Of a stretch of DNA of 40,400 nucleotides, positions 28,604 through 35,854 are shown piece by piece. The notes beneath the pieces were generated by a model, which was not told the origin of the DNA, searched no databases, and saw only the letters and a program-made list of their open reading frames with translations. Origin of the DNA: Minisyncoccota bacterium (GTDB lineage: Bacteria; Patescibacteriota; Minisyncoccia; Phycocordibacterales; UBA918); NCBI GenBank assembly GCA_018062385.1, contig JAGOSI010000002.1, positions 1-40,400 of the forward strand, written 5' to 3'. The position numbers and the translations under genes are program-made. Position 1 is the first letter of the stretch, and each line of letters begins with the position of its first letter.

Positions 28604-29164
28604 GCTATTTCTTCTGTTCCTTCACCCCTAACCCTCGCTTCACTCCAAGCTCTACCGGACTGGAACCCCACCATGGAAGTGGAAGGTATGAAAAGAGTGG
28701 AAGATGGTAATCCAGAGTTGGAGGTGAAGAATCTTCCAATTCATACGGAAGAAATAAGATCTAACAATTCTAGTTCTACTTTTGTGATTAAATATCTAGA
28801 ACCAGAGGTTAGTAATGAGGCGTGTGAGAAGTACGGTTTAACTGGAGAACCCTCAGGATATTTACTTAGATATAATTGTTTAATCGCTACACCCGATCTG
28901 TTCAATGAATTGATTGTTCTTTCGGGAAATACTGGTGAAGTGTTGCATAAGTATAGGTTGAAGGAGGGATATTCTTTGGCTGGTGATGTGTATCGAAGAG
29001 AAGGAGGGATTGTAACTATCAATAATTCCGTTGATAAGAAAATTATAGGTATATACATATATAAATGGGATTTTTCAAGTGATGTTCTTGAAAGAACTCC
29101 AGTTCTTCGTGACTATAGAATTAATTTAATTACCGGTGAAATAACCGAAATCAAACCACGTTAA
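28478..29164 (+). CDS. Signal-anchored extracytoplasmic protein, unknown function (cassette partner B)
   Basis: ATG 28478 equals 27018 + 1460. MKKTLFITILLLLAIIVVGLVIW is near-identical to partner A, and the two are unrelated after ..NVATT. The track start 28454 is a non-ATG extension. Confidence 0.7.
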   Translation: MKKTLFITILLLLAIIVVGLVIWSDKQSVIEPVVDTNVATTSAISSVPSPLTLASLQALPDWNPTMEVEGMKRVEDGNPELEVKNLPIHTEEIRSNNSSSTFVIKYLEPEVSNEACEKYGLTGEPSGYLLRYNCLIATPDLFNELIVLSGNTGEVLHKYRLKEGYSLAGDVYRREGGIVTINNSVDKKIIGIYIYKWDFSSDVLERTPVLRDYRINLITGEITEIKPR

Positions 29165-29298
29165 CTCTGTATGACAGGGGGCTAGCTTTTGAAAATGAGC
29201 TATTCATTCTTATGCCGATTTTAGTCAGTCGGTAGACCATGACGTTAATTTCAAGGTGAGTACGTATTTCGGTGCGTACTAGCAAGTCAATTACCTTT
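29165..29298 (+). pseudogene. Decayed fragment homologous to the start of the third Calx-beta repeat of the large gene (24868-24999)
   Basis: Alignable by eye: ..gaaaatgag..cttatgccga..ggtagaccatgacgtt..aaggtgagtacgtatttcggtgcgtac.. It carries +1/-1 indels and an in-frame TAG where the parent has CAA. Confidence 0.7.
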
Positions 29299-29306
29299 AT
29301 TTTCAG

Positions 29307-29335
29307 TTCACAAACCCATAAAATAGTAGTACAAT
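29307..29335 (+). promoter_or_regulatory. Sigma-70-like promoter for 29387-29656
   Basis: ttcaca, 17-nt spacer, tacaat. Followed by direct repeats ctagggtaa at 29342-29350 and 29359-29367, then RBS aggaga at 29375-29380. Confidence 0.4.
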
Positions 29336-29386
29336 ATTCGGCTAGGGTAATATTTACTCTAGGGTAAATTTCACAGGAGACGTTAC

Positions 29387-29656
29387 ATGGTTAATATGGT
29401 GTCCAATTACGAAAATGATCCACTTAGTATTTTGGGCGGAGTAATAAGAAAGCACTGTCGAGAAATTGGAAAAAGTTTTCTCTCCACAATAAATGATACA
29501 GATATAGTGATAAAAAATTTTACCATAGACAGGAAGGCTAAAACGAGAATTTACAAATGCATAGTACATCTTTGTCACAGTCTTATCGTGATAATACCAA
29601 ACAATCCCGAGATGGGCTTGGATGAAATTATCCAAAAATCACATATTAAAACATAG
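29387..29656 (+). CDS. Small protein (89 aa), possibly a Xre-like HTH regulator
   Basis: Good RBS and spacing, with a terminator at 29664-29694. LSILGGVIRKHCREIGKSFLS weakly resembles the start of an Xre HTH. Preferred over the antisense ORF 29354-29635, which lacks these signals. Confidence 0.5.
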   Translation: MVNMVSNYENDPLSILGGVIRKHCREIGKSFLSTINDTDIVIKNFTIDRKAKTRIYKCIVHLCHSLIVIIPNNPEMGLDEIIQKSHIKT

Positions 29657-29663
29657 CTCTACG

Positions 29664-29694
29664 CCGACAATCTTAGATTAGATTGTCGGTTTTT
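29664..29694 (+). terminator. Rho-independent terminator
   Basis: ccgacaatct-tagatt-agattgtcgg followed by ttttt. Confidence 0.75.
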
Positions 29695-29705
29695 ATATAA
29701 AAGTA

Positions 29706-29732
29706 TTTACAAATACAAATATTTGTTGTAAA
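29706..29732 (+). promoter_or_regulatory. Imperfect palindrome upstream of 29791-30090 (operator-like)
   Basis: tttacaa-ata-caaatatttg-ttgtaaa: outer 7-nt inverted arms around a 10-nt perfect palindrome. Confidence 0.3.
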
Positions 29733-29790
29733 TTATTCCAGCAGATTAATTCTGTAAAAGTACTTTAAACAACAACGAGGAGTGGTTAAA

Positions 29791-30090
29791 ATGACACACG
29801 GATTTTGTGTTAAGAAAGCTTTAAATAAAGAAGGTTGGGTTATATGCAATGAGTCATTTAGAACTTTAGTAGCTAATATGGCTCTAGAATTAAGCACTCA
29901 CCTGTGCAGAGACCTAGGTAAAGAAAACTACACACCGGGACAACTTACTGAAGTTCAAGAACCGGAGATAAGTGCCAATGGAATGACACGATTGTTATTT
30001 CGAGTAGGCATTGTCTACTGTGAAATTAAGGCTTTTTTTGACAAAACATTAATGATGTTTACCAATACAAAATTTGGCATCATCCAATAG
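29791..30090 (+). CDS. Small protein (99 aa), unknown function
   Basis: RBS gaggag at 29777-29782, 8 nt before ATG 29791. Terminator immediately downstream. No family recognised. Confidence 0.5.
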   Translation: MTHGFCVKKALNKEGWVICNESFRTLVANMALELSTHLCRDLGKENYTPGQLTEVQEPEISANGMTRLLFRVGIVYCEIKAFFDKTLMMFTNTKFGIIQ

Positions 30091-30097
30091 CTTTTCC

Positions 30098-30137
30098 AAA
30101 AACCCCAACTTATTATTCAATAGTAAGTTGGGGTTTT
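30098..30137. terminator. Bidirectional terminator between convergent 29791-30090 and the sipW-like gene
   Basis: aaaaaccccaactta-loop-taagttggggtttt with T-runs on both strands. Confidence 0.75.
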
Positions 30138-30154
30138 ATTTTTATTGATCAAAC

Positions 30155-31696
30155 CTATACTTCAGGCTCTGTCTCTGGCTGATTTTCATTATCACTTTCT
30201 TCTTCCGTAGTTGTCTCCAACTGATTTTCTGCCTCTTCAACCCCATCAGATTCTACCGATTCATTCTCCGTATCATCAACTTCATTACCAACTGGTTCGT
30301 CTATAGTTTCTGGTGCTGGTGCTGAATTATCTTCAATAACTGTTTCTACTTGCTCTACTGACTTACCAGAGTCTTCTAGCGGTTCTGATTTGGTCACAAG
30401 ATTAGTGAAGTCAGCCTGTGGAGCTGGGATTAAGGTCTTGTTGGCTACAAAGGTTAGCACTATAGTTTCTGCATCAACATAACCCTGATCTTCACTATTA
30501 CCAGCATAACCCTCCATGATTAGATTTATAGTACAAGTATCACCAGAATTATACTCACTCGCTTCAGCCAATGAAAAATTTAAAGACCAAGGATTCAAGA
30601 AAGCAACATTGTTCCCAGTCAAACTAGATAAAGACCCAGAAAATGATAATGGTGAATCCGCACTCACTAAAATATCATCACAAAGTGCAACAGTACCACT
30701 AGCAAAGTTCATTGACACAGCATAATTAAAATTATTTTCGCCATCATTGATATTTACTTCAACTCCATCTTCTCCACTAAATTCACCGTCAAGGATAGAA
30801 AAACTGGCTAGTTCTGGACTAATAGTAAAATCCAAAGCTTGGGCTTTTAGATGATTATCAACACTAGCTTCAACATCGGCTGGATAAGCTAAAGAATATC
30901 CGACTCCGGTCTGCCCCAATAAAGTAATTATCATCACAAAACCAGCTGTAGCCACCACAAATCTTGATTTAATATCATGATTAGCAGCAAACATTGGTGA
31001 TTTATTTTTTAGTTGCAAAGCCGGATTTTCCACTTTCTGCACCTTTGGCTTAATATCCATCATTCTCACTTGAGCAGTAACTAATGGCTTTTTCACCGCC
31101 ACGGTTGGCATATTTAAAGTAGCTAAATTTAATGGATTTGGTTGATACGGCGCAATTACCAAAGGCATAATCATTTCCTTAGTAATTTTCATTTTACGCA
31201 CTCGTCTCACCTCCCGCCCAATATTATCTAATTCATCAATAATAATTAGGAGTGCAGGCAAACCAATCAACAAAGCAAAACCAGCTGGTTGTCGAGCAAA
31301 ATCCAACACAAAACCAAGGTAAGGAACATCTACCATTACCTTACCCAAAATATCACGGACAGAAACCAAATTGGCATCACGCTCTTCGTTGGCGTCACCT
31401 TTGGTGACAAAATATTCTTTCCCCTCAGACATTTCGGTACCTATAATGCGATGAGTAGTTGGAACATCACTATCGCGACTAGAGAATGTAATCACGTCTC
31501 CAACTCCGTAAACAGGCGCCGCTTGCACTACCACCACCGCACCAGTCATAATGGCTGGTTCCATCGATCCAGACTTAACAATCTTCACTTCAAATTCACC
31601 AAGTCCCGGAACTGGTGGGGCAAAGAAAAGTACCACCAGTGCCGCCAGGATTAGAGCATAGAAACTATAGAGAATGAAATTGAATATTTTTTTCAT
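30155..31696 (-). CDS. sipW: SipW-type (archaeal/ER-type S26) signal peptidase I fused to a TasA-like module and an acidic tail
   Basis: Core peptidase motifs: KSGSMEPAIMTGAVVVV, GDVITF, TTHRIIG, VTKGDANEERD, then a second TM. From aa ~244 there is a second signal-peptide-like segment, KSRFVVATAGFVMIITLLGQTGVGYSLAYPADVEASVDNHLKAQALDF. A beta domain ends QGYVDAETIVLTFVA, followed by a Glu/Asp-rich tail. The start is 1 nt after the upstream stop. Confidence 0.75.
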   Translation of the reverse strand: MKKIFNFILYSFYALILAALVVLFFAPPVPGLGEFEVKIVKSGSMEPAIMTGAVVVVQAAPVYGVGDVITFSSRDSDVPTTHRIIGTEMSEGKEYFVTKGDANEERDANLVSVRDILGKVMVDVPYLGFVLDFARQPAGFALLIGLPALLIIIDELDNIGREVRRVRKMKITKEMIMPLVIAPYQPNPLNLATLNMPTVAVKKPLVTAQVRMMDIKPKVQKVENPALQLKNKSPMFAANHDIKSRFVVATAGFVMIITLLGQTGVGYSLAYPADVEASVDNHLKAQALDFTISPELASFSILDGEFSGEDGVEVNINDGENNFNYAVSMNFASGTVALCDDILVSADSPLSFSGSLSSLTGNNVAFLNPWSLNFSLAEASEYNSGDTCTINLIMEGYAGNSEDQGYVDAETIVLTFVANKTLIPAPQADFTNLVTKSEPLEDSGKSVEQVETVIEDNSAPAPETIDEPVGNEVDDTENESVESDGVEEAENQLETTTEEESDNENQPETEPEV

Positions 31697-31697
31697 A

Positions 31698-32735
31698 CTA
31701 GCTATTTCTACCAGTTACTCTACTAATAGTATTACGAACATTATCTCTCAGCCTTTCAGACAAAGTTCTGGTTTCAGACACTCGATAAAAACGATCACTT
31801 TCGATTTGACCTGAAGGCAAACCATCATCATCGGTATAGTCATCTTCATTATTTGAGTGTCCAGGATTGGAGTTATCGTTATGGTCATTATCATTACCGT
31901 GTCCATTATTCCCTTTTGGCTCACAGTTCTTTCCTTTTTTATCTTTACACTCTGGTTTTGGCTTTGGCGGTTTTACTTCCTTTTTACACTTAAATCCTTG
32001 ATTTGAATTGGCTTGTACTGCTCGTAGCACCACATCTACAGTCATTGAGTCTGTTTGCATCACATTTCCCAAACCAGACCCATCACAACTCACATTAGCG
32101 TTACTCAAATTAACCTGCAAATCTCCTGCACACCAAATAATTCCAACATAATTAGTAGAATTAACAGCACAGGAATTACCAGTGTTAGCATCGGCCACAG
32201 CATATGTGGTACTGCTTAAAAGGGTACTGGCTGTTTCGGTGGCACTGCCACCGAAGATCACTTTTTCATTTTTCTCAAACACATTATCGCCGTCATCACG
32301 CCAAGCGAAAAACTCAAGATTTTGTGATAATTCACCACTCGGTAAATTATCAACAATTGATTCTGGTTCGTTCATTCCGTTTTCAAAGTCCTGTAGATTG
32401 TTGAAATCAAGACAAATATAAGCTGGATTTTTCTTCACATGAAGACTTATATTATGTCGTCCCATATCTCCTGGTTTGATGTCGTCAAAATTAAAGAAAT
32501 GATCGACACCTGGCACTAAGTCTTTCAATTTCCAACTTAAAGCCGGTTGTGAAACTCCGTTGTAAACGGCTTTGCTATCAACTTTTAATTCCAAGCCACT
32601 TTGTCCTTGGCCATTTTTTGTAGCAAAGGTATAACCAGTTCCAGCTCCATTCGCCACCAAAACTACCAGCAGGAATCCTAGCACTGCTAAGACTAGCGTG
32701 ATCTTGATTCCTCTGTGGTAGAAAGTTTTTGGCAT
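31698..32735 (-). CDS. TasA/camelysin-like paralog 3 (divergent signal region, His/Asn/Asp-rich tail)
   Basis: Shares FFNFDDIKPGDMGRHNISLHV, NEPES, GELSQNLEFFAWRDDGDNVFE, YVGIIWCAGDL and QTDSMTVDVVL..FKC with the two upstream paralogs. The tail contains HGNDNDHNDNSNPGHSNNEDDY. Confidence 0.65.
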   Translation of the reverse strand: MPKTFYHRGIKITLVLAVLGFLLVVLVANGAGTGYTFATKNGQGQSGLELKVDSKAVYNGVSQPALSWKLKDLVPGVDHFFNFDDIKPGDMGRHNISLHVKKNPAYICLDFNNLQDFENGMNEPESIVDNLPSGELSQNLEFFAWRDDGDNVFEKNEKVIFGGSATETASTLLSSTTYAVADANTGNSCAVNSTNYVGIIWCAGDLQVNLSNANVSCDGSGLGNVMQTDSMTVDVVLRAVQANSNQGFKCKKEVKPPKPKPECKDKKGKNCEPKGNNGHGNDNDHNDNSNPGHSNNEDDYTDDDGLPSGQIESDRFYRVSETRTLSERLRDNVRNTISRVTGRNS

Positions 32736-32771
32736 GAATGAAATTTTAAATTAACCGCCTTTTTCTAATCC

Positions 32772-34160
32772 TTAATCCTGCAATACTCCACAATTTAGGG
32801 CGCTCACGGCATCAAGATCATAACCATCGGCTGTTGCCTCAAACGGTGCTCGAGGAGACACATCGGTAATTCGCACATACTTTGCCCAAGCTAGACCTGA
32901 AGAAGCTAAATCTGCCTCAGTATCCCTGTCGGCACTTGCGGTTACCAAGAACCAATTAGTTCCATTCTGACTAACTTCAATTTTTATCTTTTCAGTTGGA
33001 TAACTAGTTCCTCCTGTCACCTCCCAAGCTCGCAAATCGTTTCCTGGACCATCTACGATATAACCACTTCCAAATTCTAGGACAATAGAGCCACCTTCAA
33101 CAATCGTGGTACTAGAATTGAAACCTAAACTAAAGAAACTGTTGGCTACCACCGGACTATCAAATGGTGTTCCCATACTCTGTGGTGCACCAAGAACAAA
33201 ACTAGGATTTGTTCGGTCAGCTGTTACTGGAGTACCATTCTTTCGCACTCCCTGACTAGAAGTCACAACACTGCTAGCGTAGGTTTGAACTGGCAAAGTA
33301 CAAGCGGTGAAAACTGGCTCAGAATTACACTTAAAGTCAGCATTATGACGAGCTTGAGTTGCAATAAATTGTACATCTGCGGTCAGTGAGTCGGTTTGGC
33401 TTTCATTTCCAAGCAGTGAACCGTTACAAGTCACACCACCGTCTTCTGGAGTACCGATTTCCTGATCATTGTTGTTATCTAAGTTGGGAGCGCGGTTCAC
33501 ACTAGAATTATCTTGAGTTAATGGATCTGTACCCATTTCGCCAAAACACCAAGCCTTACCAATATACATAGTTTCACTACCTGCGAGTGGTCCACCCTCA
33601 TTATTTTCGTTCCAAATATTAGTTTCGGAATCAGCGAGCGTGATTGTATGAGCTTCATTCAAAGTCAGAGCCCCGATGGCTCCAGGACCAGAGATAACCG
33701 TCTCATCATCCTCTAGCACATTATCGCCATCATCTGCCCACCAAATGAAGTTTACTAATGAAGCTAATTCACCCTCATTTTCTCCAGCGGTGTTATCTAC
33801 TTCTGCTTCCGGCTCAGTTTGGCCGTTTTCATTATTGGAGGTTAAGGTTACATCAGCACAGACAAAGGAATCATTGTTGTCGACATGAATCGAAATAGTA
33901 TCTTCACCATAATCACTTGGCTTCAAATCACCAAAATCAAAAAACTTTTCAATAGTCAGATCTTTTTGCTCCCAGGTCGTAGAAGCATTTAAAACACCAT
34001 TATAATAACTCTCATTATCAATCTTTAGATCAATCGCTCCCGCAGTAAAGACGTTGGCGACTGAAGTCTCACTATCGGAGAAAAAGGCTTTGGTTACTCC
34101 AAAAGCGACCGACCCACCAGCCACTACAATCAAAGCTACGCTTAGGAAAATTCGTTGCAT
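32772..34160 (-). CDS. TasA/camelysin-like paralog 2 with extra C-terminal beta-sandwich domain
   Basis: SipW-type signal peptide plus mature N-terminus: ..GSVAFGVTKAFFSDSETSVANVFTAGAIDLKIDN. Also FFDFGDLKPSDYGEDTISIHV and QTDSLTADVQFIATQA. ATG 34160 is preferred over TTG 34205. Confidence 0.75.
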   Translation of the reverse strand: MQRIFLSVALIVVAGGSVAFGVTKAFFSDSETSVANVFTAGAIDLKIDNESYYNGVLNASTTWEQKDLTIEKFFDFGDLKPSDYGEDTISIHVDNNDSFVCADVTLTSNNENGQTEPEAEVDNTAGENEGELASLVNFIWWADDGDNVLEDDETVISGPGAIGALTLNEAHTITLADSETNIWNENNEGGPLAGSETMYIGKAWCFGEMGTDPLTQDNSSVNRAPNLDNNNDQEIGTPEDGGVTCNGSLLGNESQTDSLTADVQFIATQARHNADFKCNSEPVFTACTLPVQTYASSVVTSSQGVRKNGTPVTADRTNPSFVLGAPQSMGTPFDSPVVANSFFSLGFNSSTTIVEGGSIVLEFGSGYIVDGPGNDLRAWEVTGGTSYPTEKIKIEVSQNGTNWFLVTASADRDTEADLASSGLAWAKYVRITDVSPRAPFEATADGYDLDAVSALNCGVLQD

Positions 34161-34286
34161 ATAATATTTATTAAAATCAGAACTTGATAAACTTTTTAAT
34201 AACAATCACGCTGATCCCCTTCAGCCCGCTAAATCCCAGAAACTGAGATTTAGAACGGCTAAATAAGATTATCTTATACGGATTTA

Positions 34287-35480
34287 TTAAGTAGTGTAGG
34301 TATTGGTTGCTTCACAAGTCACAGCTTCGCCAAGAGCGATGGTAACTTGACTACCAACTTCAGGTGTAGCATTTCCAGTACATGACCAAGTCAACACTTC
34401 CCCACCAGGTCCAGCTGGTAATTCACCTAGAGTGTAGACTCCTGGCAACACTACAGCATTGGTAACAGAAAGAGCACCTTCAATTCCAGAAATGGTTGAT
34501 GAACCTGTTGCTGTTAGTGTAAACGCTGAATCTGCAATAACTTCTGCAGGTGTAACTGTCTTAGCTAGTGTAAGAGTAGTAGTTGCTACTGGTTCTGGTT
34601 CTTCAACCACGCCAGGACAACGGAAGTTTTCGTTGTTTCGAGCTTGTTCGATGTAGAAGCTGATATCAGCTTTAAGTGAGTCAGTTTGACTTAGGTTTGT
34701 AACTGATTCTCCACTACATGAAAGAGTTGTACCAGTAACAGTTAGATCACCGTAGCACCAGTAAACTCCTACATATGTCGTTTCAAGAGCTTGAATAGCA
34801 CCAGTTTGTGGTGTGAAAAGTGGATAGGTTCCAGCAATTCCTACACCATCTTCATCATTGGCCAAAACTTGCTCTCCAGTTTCAAAGATATTATCGCCAT
34901 CATCTTCCCAAATAAAGAAGCTTAGTTCTTGGTCTAGTTCACCGGTAGTTGTACCGTTTACATCAACCACAGATTCTGGTTCGGTTTGAGTATTGTCAGC
35001 TGACTCTACATTACTGATAGTAGCGCACATGTAAGCGTCATTATTGACTACATGTAGAGATAGTGTGTTTTCACCATTATCTCCCGGCTTTAGGTCACCA
35101 TAATCGAAGAAAGTATGAGTTGGGCCAAGATCGGTCAGAGCCCAAGTACCTTCACAAGCAGTACCAGCTTGTGGCACATTGGCTGGGTTGGCGGTGTTGT
35201 AAACAATAATTGCAGCTGCGGCATCGCCCGTTAGTTCATTAACTGAACTAGAAGCGTTCCAAGTTACTACTGTTTCTGGTAGCCATTGACTAACTTGTCC
35301 ATCGTCAAAACAAACTAATCCATTAATATGGGCCACGCTATCAACCTTCAGATCAATCGCTCCTGCCGTAAACACGTTAGCTGTTGAAGTCTCCGTGTCA
35401 CTGAAGAAAGCGCCAGTTCCGCCGGCCACCACAGCCCCAGCAAAAACTATCATCCCTACCCCTTTAATAATTCCTTTCAT
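34287..35480 (-). CDS. TasA/camelysin-like paralog 1 (first gene of operon) with C-terminal prealbumin/Cna-B-like domain
   Basis: MKGIIKGVGMIVFAGAVVAGGTGAFFSDTETSTANVFTAGAIDLKVDS parallels B. subtilis TasA (..GGGTWAAFNDIKSKDATFASGTLDL). Also DLKPGD and QTDSLKADISFYIEQA (compare TasA QGNSIKLQFSFEATQ). Confidence 0.8.
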   Translation of the reverse strand: MKGIIKGVGMIVFAGAVVAGGTGAFFSDTETSTANVFTAGAIDLKVDSVAHINGLVCFDDGQVSQWLPETVVTWNASSSVNELTGDAAAAIIVYNTANPANVPQAGTACEGTWALTDLGPTHTFFDYGDLKPGDNGENTLSLHVVNNDAYMCATISNVESADNTQTEPESVVDVNGTTTGELDQELSFFIWEDDGDNIFETGEQVLANDEDGVGIAGTYPLFTPQTGAIQALETTYVGVYWCYGDLTVTGTTLSCSGESVTNLSQTDSLKADISFYIEQARNNENFRCPGVVEEPEPVATTTLTLAKTVTPAEVIADSAFTLTATGSSTISGIEGALSVTNAVVLPGVYTLGELPAGPGGEVLTWSCTGNATPEVGSQVTIALGEAVTCEATNTYTT

Positions 35481-35809
35481 AAAGCAATAAAATTAAAATT
35501 TATAATCACCACATTTAATTTTTAAAAACGCGAGAAGCAAAAGGCTTAATGGTTCGGGTCTTTCGCCACCTCTGTCAATAGTTTAAAACGTATGACCACA
35601 AACTCCTAAAAGTGCCAAATTTGCCAAAATATCCAATTGAAAAATACTAATTCTGGGGAAAACTTTTCAATAATTATTGACAAATAAGCGTTTAACTATC
35701 CACACCTCTTGTTCATAACCTCTGTATAAAGTCTGTATAAAGAGGTGGATTAATTGTGATTGAGGAAAATTACTTGTATCAAGACACAGAAAATGTTTTT
35801 AGGGAAGAG

Positions 35810-35838
35810 AAAAAGCCCGACAGCGAAGCTGTCGGGCT
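35810..35838 (-). terminator. Rho-independent terminator after the desaturase gene
   Basis: Minus strand: agcccgacagc-ttc-gctgtcgggct followed by ttttt. Confidence 0.8.
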
Positions 35839-35854
35839 AAAATTAAACAAAAAA

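Noticed and set aside
29354-29635. Minus-strand 93-aa ORF overlapping 29387-29656
   Set aside because: The plus-strand ORF has a promoter, an SD at correct spacing and a downstream terminator. The minus ORF has none of these.
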